Of a DNA stretch of 64,000 nt, positions 28,797 through 37,600 are shown in pieces (within the stretch, counting starts at the first letter, position 1; the number at the start of each line of letters is the position of its first letter). The notes beneath the pieces are model-generated. The model was not told the origin of the DNA, searched no databases, and saw only the letters and a list, made by a program, of their open reading frames with translations. The position numbers and the translations under genes were made by a program. This stretch comes from an uncultured Ktedonobacteraceae bacterium (GTDB lineage Bacteria; Chloroflexota; Ktedonobacteria; Ktedonobacterales; Ktedonobacteraceae), in the NCBI GenBank assembly GCA_964250765.1, contig CAXUHF010000016.1, positions 192-64,191 of the forward strand. The letters are read 5' to 3'.

Positions 28797-29345
28797 TTAC
28801 ATGCTTATGTTGCCTCTTACGAGGACATGTTGTTGGTCATTCGAGAGCGAAATTCCGAGTTGCGTCTTAACAACGGAAACAATATCCTCCATCTTGAATG
28901 GTTTAACGAGGTAGGCTGCTGCTCCGGCAAGACGCCCTTTGAGCTTATCAATAACGCCGTCCCTACGTGTAAGCATCACAATAATGCTTTGCGTAAATTG
29001 TGCTTTGGCTTTCAGGCGTCTTGCGACTTCGTAGCCATCTATCTTTGGAAGGCAGATGTCCAAGATAACAAGGTCGGGAACACGTCCCTCTGGTCCTGTG
29101 AGCCAACGCATCATCTCGACGCCATCGGGAAACGTGTGTACCGTAAAGCCTTCTCGACGAAGGTATGTCTCGATGATTTGTCTTACCGTCGGAGAGTCAT
29201 CTACAACAATAATGGAACGAGATACTATTATGGTATGATCAGAAGGAATGTTTTTTAAAGAGGCCTCTGCCACTGTGTTCGTTTCAGGTAACAGAGTGTG
29301 AGTGTCCTCTGAAGAAGAATCTGAGCGTAGTAGAACTTTTCGCAT
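28797..29345 (-). CDS. Single-domain response regulator (CheY-like receiver) with N-terminal extension
   Basis: IIVVDDSPTVRQ..., phospho-acceptor context DLVILDICLPKIDGYEV, and the KPF motif (YLVKPF). Confidence 0.85.
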   Translation of the reverse strand: MRKVLLRSDSSSEDTHTLLPETNTVAEASLKNIPSDHTIIVSRSIIVVDDSPTVRQIIETYLRREGFTVHTFPDGVEMMRWLTGPEGRVPDLVILDICLPKIDGYEVARRLKAKAQFTQSIIVMLTRRDGVIDKLKGRLAGAAAYLVKPFKMEDIVSVVKTQLGISLSNDQQHVLVRGNISM

Positions 29346-29904
29346 TGTGTCTCTCCTAGAGATGTGTTTCTAAAGTGAGGAAGACAAAGAATGTAAGACG
29401 TAAATGTCTTTCTAGTCCACAACACTCCCTCATTACAAGAAAATAGTTGAGCATTGTCTTTCGATAAGCTCACATAGTATCTGCCAACATGTTTTTGAAC
29501 GTCACTTTCGCGTAAGTAGCTCTCAGTACAACGCAATGCACTTATGAAACTCAGATGATCTAACGACTAATGATAGGAAGTGTATCTCCCTTTACACTGG
29601 TCGAACAGTTCTGAATGTTTGTAAATGAGTTAGAGCGCAATGCTATTGGACAGACCGATAGATACGTCCTTTAGTAAGATAACAGGGCTTTTACACATCA
29701 AGGGTACGTTGAGGCACGAAATCGGCACGTCAGGATGTCTCTAAATGTTCATTTCTGTCGTAGCCAAGTTTCAGGTAGCGGTATTGGAAATGGAAATACT
29801 TTTTGTCCTACTCACTTACAATGCATTTTCTTTAGTAGAAGAAGGTACTGGCATAATTTTCAAGAGAACAGTGCGGTGCATGGATTCGCCCGCGCACACT
29901 CAAC

Positions 29905-30450
29905 GTGGAGGAGGCTGAACGCGTTGGTTTCCGAGCAAGTGGAACTGACCACCTTTACTCATGTAGTGTTCGTAGTGACATCGATTCACCCTATGTGCAA
30001 ACAATAGACCTTAAGGTACAATTACAGGGGGATGTTGTTGAGATTGATTTACCACAAGAAGCGGTCGAGCGAAAAGACTTCGAGCGATGGATAACAACCT
30101 TACAAGAAGCCTTCAAACTGGGGCTGCAACTAGAACTGTTCATCAAGCCGGGAGAAATTCAATCTTACGTAGCGAACTATAAGCTGAATGGTCGTGATCA
30201 TAAAAAGCTCATTCTATATGATACCATGCCTGGAGGCACTGGTTACCTGAAACGGATCTACGATTATCTTCCTCAGATTGCAGCGAGTGTTCTCTATCAC
30301 TTGCAAAAAGATGCAAGTGAAACGGCCTGTTACTCCTGTCTCAAAGAGTTCTGGAATCAACGCTTCCACGGTCTACTCGACAAGAGACTCGTCTATGATG
30401 TACTAGAGCAACTCGCGGCAGAGAAAACTGAAGTTGCTGTACTCGTGTAG
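29905..30450 (+). pseudogene. C-terminal remnant of a DUF1998 (MrfA-type Zn-binding) domain protein
   Basis: The 181-aa ORF opens with GTG. It ends with YDTMPGGTGYLKRIY...CYSCLKEFWNQRFHGLLDKRLVYDVLEQL, which matches the DUF1998 C-terminus. No helicase or N-terminal part lies upstream; the in-frame stop is at 29854. Confidence 0.5.
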
Positions 30451-30453
30451 TGT

Positions 30454-30960
30454 TCATGGCTGAGAATTTATGCGTATTTGATGAAAGCTTAGGACATCGC
30501 GCAAGGAGATTTCGATGCTATGTTCTACATTGATGATATAGATGTTCATTGCTCCTCTATACAATCCTCGGTTTCCAGTAAGAGGTCCATAGCCAACGGT
30601 AGCGAGCGCAGCATTACAGGTCATGATGCGCTCTTGAGAAAATGGTCCAGATGTATCAATGAGTAGGATTGCAAGCGTTGGACGGAATGCCTGCACACGT
30701 TGTAAAAATCGTATAACCTGTCCCTCATCGACCTCACTGCTCGATTTACACTCTACCACGACTACGCTCTCGTCCAAGAAAGCGACAACATCGAGGTCTC
30801 CAGGAAGAGGAAGTTCTGCCAACTCGACCCCATGACGGACGGGCACAAGATGGGCAATGCTATACGTCAAGCGAAACCATTCGGCGACGTACCACTCAAG
30901 TGTCCTGCCAATATTCAAGATGTTTCCCTGATAGGGTTCCCTGGTAAAACCAGCGACCAC
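30454..30960 (-). CDS. PD-(D/E)xK nuclease-fold protein (possibly the C-terminal half of a frameshifted gene)
   Basis: 168 aa. GDLDVVAFLDESVVVVECKSS is a classic D...E-x-K motif. The GTG start lies inside the 3' end of the upstream ORF. Confidence 0.5.
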   Translation of the reverse strand: MVAGFTREPYQGNILNIGRTLEWYVAEWFRLTYSIAHLVPVRHGVELAELPLPGDLDVVAFLDESVVVVECKSSSEVDEGQVIRFLQRVQAFRPTLAILLIDTSGPFSQERIMTCNAALATVGYGPLTGNRGLYRGAMNIYIINVEHSIEISLRDVLSFHQIRINSQP

Positions 30961-31321
30961 GGGCGTGAAACCACTCTTGGTCGAGAAGAAAGGTCAAATA
31001 GGACGTGAGGAGTGTATCATCTGGACAAACTTGCTCAAGCATTTCTCGTGTATAGGAAGTGTGAGACACGGCGTAACGCAAGAGCTTCCGAAACGTAGTC
31101 GTGCCAAACAACCGATAGAAGGTATGCCCGGAATACTGTCTTCCATTTGGACACACAAGCCATTGTTGTTGAAATACATCGGGATCAGTATATACCTTAC
31201 GCGTTCGCGCAACTGTGAATCCATGCTGAGCCATCCGATACTCAAAGGCAAGAGTAAGAGGAGAGGCAACCTGCTCACGCTGTTCGTGAGGCAAAGGAAC
31301 AGGAACGATGTTTTGCTCCAT
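30896..31321 (-). CDS. Hypothetical wHTH-like protein (possibly the N-terminal half of a frameshifted gene)
   Basis: 141-aa ORF overlapping the downstream PD-(D/E)xK ORF by 65 nt in another frame. Confidence 0.4.
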   Translation of the reverse strand: MEQNIVPVPLPHEQREQVASPLTLAFEYRMAQHGFTVARTRKVYTDPDVFQQQWLVCPNGRQYSGHTFYRLFGTTTFRKLLRYAVSHTSYTREMLEQVCPDDTLLTSYLTFLLDQEWFHARGRWFYQGTLSGKHLEYWQDT

Positions 31322-31580
31322 AAGGTCTCCAAAAAGGAACTACGCATACTTACCCTACTCTTTCTCACTTACGTCTACTATACCCTGATGGCGTACTTTT
31401 CCATGCTTAAGACTATTAACAATTCTTGATATGTCCCTTATAAAGATACGTTTGGTATAACATGCAAAATACACATTTCTATTGTATACTTTTCTTTGTG
31501 TAGTGAAGGCGTTCAGGAGCGTTATGCTATGAAAACGTTATTGTATTATATGAAAGCATATAGAGTGAAGAGGAGAACGG

Positions 31581-32588
31581 ATGTCAGACCAGCACGAGAG
31601 GCAACACGAACCATTTTCGGATATTGCCCTCTCTGAGGCCAATGCCATAGACGAACGAGTATCAGAAACTGTTCTTGAACGAACAGAAGTCCAAGGCATT
31701 GCTATCGATGATGTCAACGCAAAAGACTTAGATGACGCATTTTGGTTAGAAAAGATGCCACAAGGGGGATATTTGCTTTCCATCAGCATTGTCGATGTTG
31801 GTTCATTCGTTACTCCTCACACCACCCCAACCATCGACAGCGAAGCTCGAACGAGGGCGTTTACGCGTTATTCTGCTGAAAAGGTGGTCATGCCTCTTCT
31901 GCCTCAAAAGGTCTCACAAGGAAAACTGAGTCTTTTAGAAGACCAACTCAGTCCAACTCTGACCCTTTCCATCCCACTGGACACCAACTTGTCTGTCGGA
32001 AAGCCATCCATCCATGTAACCGCTCTCAGAAGCAAGCGATTGACATATGAGGAGGTAGATCACGAAATAGAACACCTTCAAACTGAATTTGCTCAGCTCC
32101 TCCGAGATGCATTTCATCTTGCACAAGGGTTATGGCATCAGCGAAGGGCAAAAGGAGCGTTTGCGTTGTACGATCTTTTTAGCGGTTGGGTCACAACCGA
32201 AGAAGGTGTCTTGTTCTCTCTTGCACAAGAGAAACGACACAAGGCGCATATTATTGTGCAAGAATTTATGATCCTTGCCAATCAAGTTCTCGCCCTGTTT
32301 CTTGCGGAAAGGAATCTCCCTGCTCTCTACAGAAACCACACGGCAAAAGCTCTGGTTCCAGAAAGGTCTGCTCTGCTAACTCTACTTGAGGCGGTGGAAA
32401 AGTATCCACAACTAATCACCCCAGAGCATATACAAACAACTGTAAATCTTGTGCTTGAACGTGCCATCTATGCTCCAACCATTGTAGGACACTTTGGTTT
32501 GAATCTCCCTGTCTATATTCATGCCACATCGCCACTCCGTCGCTATTCAGATGTTGTCAATCAAAGAATCCTTCTTGCAACTCTTTAA
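31581..32588 (+). CDS. RNB-domain exoribonuclease (RNase II/R catalytic domain only)
   Basis: DDVNAKDLDDAFWLE (Asp-rich RNB motif I) and HFGLNLPVYIHATSPLRRYSDVVNQR (RNB motif IV). Ends at TAA 32586-32588. Confidence 0.8.
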   Translation: MSDQHERQHEPFSDIALSEANAIDERVSETVLERTEVQGIAIDDVNAKDLDDAFWLEKMPQGGYLLSISIVDVGSFVTPHTTPTIDSEARTRAFTRYSAEKVVMPLLPQKVSQGKLSLLEDQLSPTLTLSIPLDTNLSVGKPSIHVTALRSKRLTYEEVDHEIEHLQTEFAQLLRDAFHLAQGLWHQRRAKGAFALYDLFSGWVTTEEGVLFSLAQEKRHKAHIIVQEFMILANQVLALFLAERNLPALYRNHTAKALVPERSALLTLLEAVEKYPQLITPEHIQTTVNLVLERAIYAPTIVGHFGLNLPVYIHATSPLRRYSDVVNQRILLATL

Positions 32589-32612
32589 GAAGAGCCTTCT
32601 CCTTACACAAAA

Positions 32613-33209
32613 ATGGAGCTTGAGGTAATCGCAGTTCATCTCAATGAGGAAGAAGCAATCATCAAAGAGGCAAAAAAAGTATACTTTTTAGCGGAGTACG
32701 ACGAATTACTAAGAAACATGGTTGACGATGTAACACAGATACAACAGCTTGATACGAAACAGTTTCACAGTGTTATAAGAATGGCTGCTGGAAGCCATGT
32801 TCTTCCCTTGATTGTTGAGCAAGAGATTGCAAGGAGACTCGAAGCTCATCTTCTTAGGGCCAACGACCTCTTTACGCTGGTTTTTCGCTTCCAGAATATC
32901 GGAGAGGAGTGGATGCGAGTCAAGATAGCGGTGTTTCATACACTTCAGAAATATCCATCTGATGCTACCCTTCTCTTCATGGGAAAGCAAGAAGGAATAT
33001 GGGACGTACCACTATATGAGGAAATGACCGAACGGAGCGTCAGCTTTAACCCTTTCCACACAAGAGTGTTGGTACAGGTGAAGGGACAAAGCTATATGTC
33101 TTCTTTTCACACCGCACCACAAAAGAAATTGGCAAAGCAATATGCAAGCGTAGAGGTCTTGGCAAGCATTGCAGGAGTGACGTTATCGACTACGGCGTCT
33201 GAGCCATAG
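32613..33209 (+). CDS. RNB C-terminal helices plus dsRBD-like domain (in-frame continuation of the RNB ORF)
   Basis: Same reading frame as 31581..32588. The N-terminal LEVIAVHLNEEEAIIKEAKK resembles the post-motif-IV helix of RNase II/R. The C-terminal PLYEE...NPFHTRVLVQVKGQ...APQKKLAKQYASVEVLASI resembles a dsRBD. Confidence 0.6.
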   Translation: MELEVIAVHLNEEEAIIKEAKKVYFLAEYDELLRNMVDDVTQIQQLDTKQFHSVIRMAAGSHVLPLIVEQEIARRLEAHLLRANDLFTLVFRFQNIGEEWMRVKIAVFHTLQKYPSDATLLFMGKQEGIWDVPLYEEMTERSVSFNPFHTRVLVQVKGQSYMSSFHTAPQKKLAKQYASVEVLASIAGVTLSTTASEP

Positions 33210-33244
33210 GATATACTGTTTATGTAAAAACATTCTTGCCCTTT

Positions 33245-34378
33245 TTACTCAACGCTCTTTGGTTGAAAGGACTCAATAATCTGAGGTATTTGCCCCGTTG
33301 CTATCAGGTCAGAAATAGTTTCACCCGTGATGGCACTTAGCGTTACCCCAAATCCTCCATGACCACTAGCGACAATAACATTGTTCCAAGATGGTAAAGG
33401 ACCTAAAAGAGGACGTCCATTTGTCGTTTTTGGACGTAAGCCAGCCCATATTCTGTGAACTGCACTTTGTTTGAGGCAGGGAACAAGTCGAGTGGCGACA
33501 TCAAGCAAATGCAGTACTCCTCCAGCAGTCACAGAGGTGTTAAATCCTACCTCTGCTTTTGTTGCTCCTATGATGACTGTTCCATTTGGTTTTGGAGCGA
33601 TGTAAATGTCTTCATCATAGACTCCTTCGTCAAAGATAATGGAGCGAATAGGCAGTACAGGTTGCTCTAAGGCAATCAGTTCTCCTCGTACTGGACGAAC
33701 AGGAAGAGGAACATGAAGCCACGTTCCACATGTAGCAGACCAAGCACCAGCCGCAATCACAAGATGATCACAAGAAAACGCACCTTGATTGGTAAGGACT
33801 CCTGTAACATGTGAGTCTGCTTCCGCTTGTTGAACTTGTATGACCTCAGTGTGAGAGTAAAGAAGAGCACCCAGGTGAACAGCAGCTTGTGCATATGCTT
33901 TTACCAGTCGTGTGGGAGTAACTTGTGCCTCTTCTGCAATACTTACAGCCCCAGGAACCTCAGCGTAGAGGTTGGGTTCTCGTCGAAGTACTTCATCGTG
34001 AGAAAGAATCTCTATATGATACCCAGCTTGGCACCAAATATCCGCCCATGCTTGTACAAGGCCAACCTTCTCTTGAGGGAGGATACGTAGAGTGCCACTT
34101 TGTTCATACTCGACTTGGACACCACTTGCTTCTTCTAATTCGGGGACCAGTGTTGCTAAACGTTGTATGCCAACAAGTTGAAGTGTTTTGAACGCATCAG
34201 CTATCTGTGAAAAAGGTCTAATTGGAGCAAGAAGTCCAGCCGCTGCACTTGATGCTTGTGTCCCGAATTCCTCTTTTTCCAAGACAATAACATCAATGCC
34301 ATGCTTGCGTAGAAAGTAAGCGATAGAACACCCAATTACCCCGCCTCCAACAATGAGAACATCTGTCGAACGTTTCAT
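33245..34378 (-). CDS. FAD-dependent oxidoreductase (glycine oxidase ThiO / D-amino-acid oxidase family)
   Basis: 377 aa. Rossmann motif DVLIVGGGVIGCSIAYFL. Length is typical of the DAO family. Confidence 0.8.
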   Translation of the reverse strand: MKRSTDVLIVGGGVIGCSIAYFLRKHGIDVIVLEKEEFGTQASSAAAGLLAPIRPFSQIADAFKTLQLVGIQRLATLVPELEEASGVQVEYEQSGTLRILPQEKVGLVQAWADIWCQAGYHIEILSHDEVLRREPNLYAEVPGAVSIAEEAQVTPTRLVKAYAQAAVHLGALLYSHTEVIQVQQAEADSHVTGVLTNQGAFSCDHLVIAAGAWSATCGTWLHVPLPVRPVRGELIALEQPVLPIRSIIFDEGVYDEDIYIAPKPNGTVIIGATKAEVGFNTSVTAGGVLHLLDVATRLVPCLKQSAVHRIWAGLRPKTTNGRPLLGPLPSWNNVIVASGHGGFGVTLSAITGETISDLIATGQIPQIIESFQPKSVE

Positions 34379-34489
34379 AGTTTTCTTTCTAAGAATTTTT
34401 GCCTTGTTTTGGACATACGGTTAATCAAGCATTTTAAGCTAGGGAAAGGTTGCCTTCTGGCATTTGCAACTCTTGGGTGAACAATATCC

Positions 34490-35305
34490 CTACCTATGAA
34501 GAGCAATTAGACTCGCAAAACGTCCTGTCTTGCCCTTTTCGGCGCGATGAGAATAGAACTCGTTGGTGTGACAAGCTGTACAGATGCTCGACTCTTCAAT
34601 GTGGTTTGCGAGAATGTTGCTTTCACTCAATTGCCAACGAAGCGCGGTCCACATATCCAGATGAGTGCTCTCGTCTGGCTGCCGTAGAAAAAAGTGATGT
34701 GCTAGTGTGGGGAAAGCTTCGGTGAAAATCCTAATCACGTCCTCACGAACCTGAAAGCAGCATGGTCCAATGCTCGGACTAATTCCAACAAGAATATCAG
34801 ATGGATTGCTGCCAAAGGTCTCATGCATTATTGCAACCGTCTTCGGCACAATTCTTGCTACAACTCCTTTCCATCCTGCATGAGCTAAGGCGATAATCTG
34901 CTGTACTGGATCGAAAAAAGCAACAGCAGCACAGTCAGCAACAGGAAGAAAAAGTGGTCTATGGAACACATTCGTGATCAATCCGTCTGTTTTGGGAAAG
35001 GCATAGAAAAGTTCAGAAGGAGATTGCTCCGTTACGATCTCTATATGTGCATCATGGACCAACTGGCCCTGTACAACGGTGTTGGTCTTGGCGTCTATAA
35101 GAGCGTAGAAGCGTGAACGATTGGTGATAACACTCTGTTCGATATCACCCACGCGAAATGAAAGGTTGAGTGAGTGGAAATATTCCTCGCTTACACCTCC
35201 CAAGCGTGTAGAAGTAATGCATGATACCTGAGAAAATGGCTCAAAAAGTTTGTATGAGTAATAGACAAGATTTTCATATGTCTGATGATGCTCGTGTTTT
35301 ATCAT
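34490..35305 (-). CDS. YfiH/PgeF (DUF152) purine-nucleoside phosphorylase / laccase-domain protein
   Basis: HAGWKGVV and CTACHTNEFYSHRAEKGKTGRF motifs. Likely start at ATG 35305 (MIKHEHH). The ORF extends to 35362. Confidence 0.8.
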   Translation of the reverse strand: MIKHEHHQTYENLVYYSYKLFEPFSQVSCITSTRLGGVSEEYFHSLNLSFRVGDIEQSVITNRSRFYALIDAKTNTVVQGQLVHDAHIEIVTEQSPSELFYAFPKTDGLITNVFHRPLFLPVADCAAVAFFDPVQQIIALAHAGWKGVVARIVPKTVAIMHETFGSNPSDILVGISPSIGPCCFQVREDVIRIFTEAFPTLAHHFFLRQPDESTHLDMWTALRWQLSESNILANHIEESSICTACHTNEFYSHRAEKGKTGRFASLIALHR

Positions 35306-35495
35306 ACAAGTTCGCCTTTCTCCTCGCATAATGATACTACAGACGTAAGTGTACTCCAACAAGTTCTATCAGGTCAAAAGAAAACGATCTCAATCTTGAA
35401 GGAGATAGGATCAACCCGTCGAGACAAGTAGCGGGAATGCTTGTTTTCTTCTACCCATCTAAACTATTCTGTTTCGGAACAGTGTAGTTTACTCT

Positions 35496-36527
35496 CTATG
35501 CTTGAGCGAGATGCACGAGTGCTAAATGGGCGATTGGTTCAGCAAGGTTATATCCTCTTTGTATCCGTGCTAACAACCTCTCTATCTTAGGGGACCAGCC
35601 ATCACTGTTCGCGCGTGTAAATATCCATGCTCCTCCCCATGCAATGCTGAAACGAATCGCTTCAAGTAATATGTCTAACTCATCTTGTACAGGACGACGC
35701 CATTGAACATACCCTGAAATGACCGAGGTAATACGTGTCGGTTCTACCTCTGTTGGAATCTCGCCATGCTGATTGTACTGACATCGCAATAATAACGCTC
35801 CTAGATCAAGAATAGCTGCTCCTCTGCCTGCACACTCCCAATCAATCAATACAACTTCTTGTTTAGCACTTCGTACCGCATTGGGTGCCCAACAATCTCC
35901 ATGTATGATTGTTTCGGGAAGCCGAGGAATACTATCCTGTAGCATGTGAAGTGTTCTGTAAATAGTTTCATATAAGTTTTTGTGGGTGATAGGAACTGAT
36001 GAGGCAACAGTATTTAACATCTCAAGTGCATGTGGAATGCTATAGGTCGTATTCCACCAGGAGGAACCGAGTGACCCGGCTGGATGAAATGAGAGAGTGT
36101 GTAGCTGTCCAAGCATGTAGGCAAGGAGAAACATATTTTCTGGTGAGAGTTCATTTGCTAGTCCGTCAATGAATGTAGTGACTACTATGTTCCATTGCTG
36201 ATATGTACAGATCAATGTATTCGCCTTTGATGGAAGAACACGAGGGGCTGGATAGTTCTGCTGGGCAAGAAAGGTAAGAAGGGTAGCCCTCTGTTGTAGC
36301 CAAGCTACAAGCGTTAGGTTACTGCCCCAGCTGTACGTCTGACTATGAATAAAATCATCGTAGTACGCGAATACTACATGAGAATGCGCGGTCCCTTGCA
36401 CTATGTGATACATGTGATAGACAGTACGTTCATCTTCTAAAGAATGGGTGTTAAGCTCCCGTAATTCGAGAACTGTAAGTTCATAAAGCTCTGTCAGTGC
36501 TTTGGTAAAAAATGCTTGTTCGTTCAT
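35496..36527 (-). CDS. Aminoglycoside-phosphotransferase-fold (APH/choline-kinase-like) kinase
   Basis: 343 aa. Catalytic loop IHGDCWAPNAV followed by LIDWE. Immediately downstream of the lasso B gene. Confidence 0.75.
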   Translation of the reverse strand: MNEQAFFTKALTELYELTVLELRELNTHSLEDERTVYHMYHIVQGTAHSHVVFAYYDDFIHSQTYSWGSNLTLVAWLQQRATLLTFLAQQNYPAPRVLPSKANTLICTYQQWNIVVTTFIDGLANELSPENMFLLAYMLGQLHTLSFHPAGSLGSSWWNTTYSIPHALEMLNTVASSVPITHKNLYETIYRTLHMLQDSIPRLPETIIHGDCWAPNAVRSAKQEVVLIDWECAGRGAAILDLGALLLRCQYNQHGEIPTEVEPTRITSVISGYVQWRRPVQDELDILLEAIRFSIAWGGAWIFTRANSDGWSPKIERLLARIQRGYNLAEPIAHLALVHLAQA

Positions 36528-36617
36528 TCTCTCTTTTTCCTTTTTGACTTGTGATAGTAGACATTGTGTATAACGTTTCTTAAAAGTTCTGTGCTTCTGT
36601 CAAGAAGAAACATGCCT

Positions 36618-37574
36618 CTATGCATCCGAAGGTACGCGTTGAATCACTGAGTACCCAGTACGAAGTTCATCATTATCATTGACTACCCAATCAGCAAGCT
36701 CAACCCATGCATGGAAGGCAAAGCGATCAGATATGCCATAACGTTCGCGTCCCATAATCACTTGTGATGGAAAACCTAGTGCCCGTAAATAGGTGCAAAA
36801 AGCGACTGAACGTACAAGGCATAGAGCAGTTGGAGCAAGAAGTCTGACGATCATTTGGCATGAGACAAGTTCTCTTCGCGCCAGACGCTGGAGCATTTCG
36901 GTATCTAACGATAGAAGCTCAGTCTTTGGAGGGCAAGGGAGAGAGGTGAGAAATTGGCAGATGTTGCTCCACTCTTGCTCGTGGATATGTTGCGCAAGTT
37001 TGTAGAGGTGTCCTTGTATGAGAAGGTACGTCACGAGGCGGTAGCAACCGAAGATGAATAGAACACAAATAGTATTCCACAAGGCGTACCCACGCCGACG
37101 CTGTGAGAAAGAAGGGAGTGGTTCATTGACTAGTTTTCCAGTAAAGAAGACATCCCAATGTACACTACTCCTTTTCAGGACCCTTTGCTTATGAGGCTGT
37201 GATATTACAGGAGGACTGGAAGATACATGATGGCTTGTAGTGTCCTCATCTAACTGGAACGGCGTTGTAATAGAAGGTGGAAGCTCTTCCCGTTGCTCTA
37301 CGCGAATCAATTGCAAGGCAAGTAATTGTTGAATGACTTGCTGAAGCCCGCCTTCCAACTGTTCGTCACTTGCTTCTATACGTGTATGCACGTAGGCGAT
37401 GGTTTCGCGCTTAGTAGAACACTCTAGTCCAGCCTGCAAGAGCACTGTTGCAATAGGATCGAATGCAAGGCATGCGCCACTGAGAGAATGTATCATGCGC
37501 CCTTCTGTGTTGGTCGTGTCGAAAACGACTCCTTTCATCAATGTGACAAAGCTCAAAATTGTTGTGCCTTTCAT
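36618..37574 (-). CDS. Lasso peptide biosynthesis protein B (fused PqqD-like RRE B1 plus transglutaminase-like protease B2)
   Basis: N-terminal PqqD-like segment (VVFDTTNTEGRMIHSLSGACLAFDPIATVLLQ). C-terminal Cys/His/Asp core (CLVRSVAFCTYLRALGF...FHAWVELADWVVNDND). Confidence 0.8.
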   Translation of the reverse strand: MKGTTILSFVTLMKGVVFDTTNTEGRMIHSLSGACLAFDPIATVLLQAGLECSTKRETIAYVHTRIEASDEQLEGGLQQVIQQLLALQLIRVEQREELPPSITTPFQLDEDTTSHHVSSSPPVISQPHKQRVLKRSSVHWDVFFTGKLVNEPLPSFSQRRRGYALWNTICVLFIFGCYRLVTYLLIQGHLYKLAQHIHEQEWSNICQFLTSLPCPPKTELLSLDTEMLQRLARRELVSCQMIVRLLAPTALCLVRSVAFCTYLRALGFPSQVIMGRERYGISDRFAFHAWVELADWVVNDNDELRTGYSVIQRVPSDA

Positions 37575-37600
37575 CTCTCTTCTAATCTCAGGAGCTTTCG

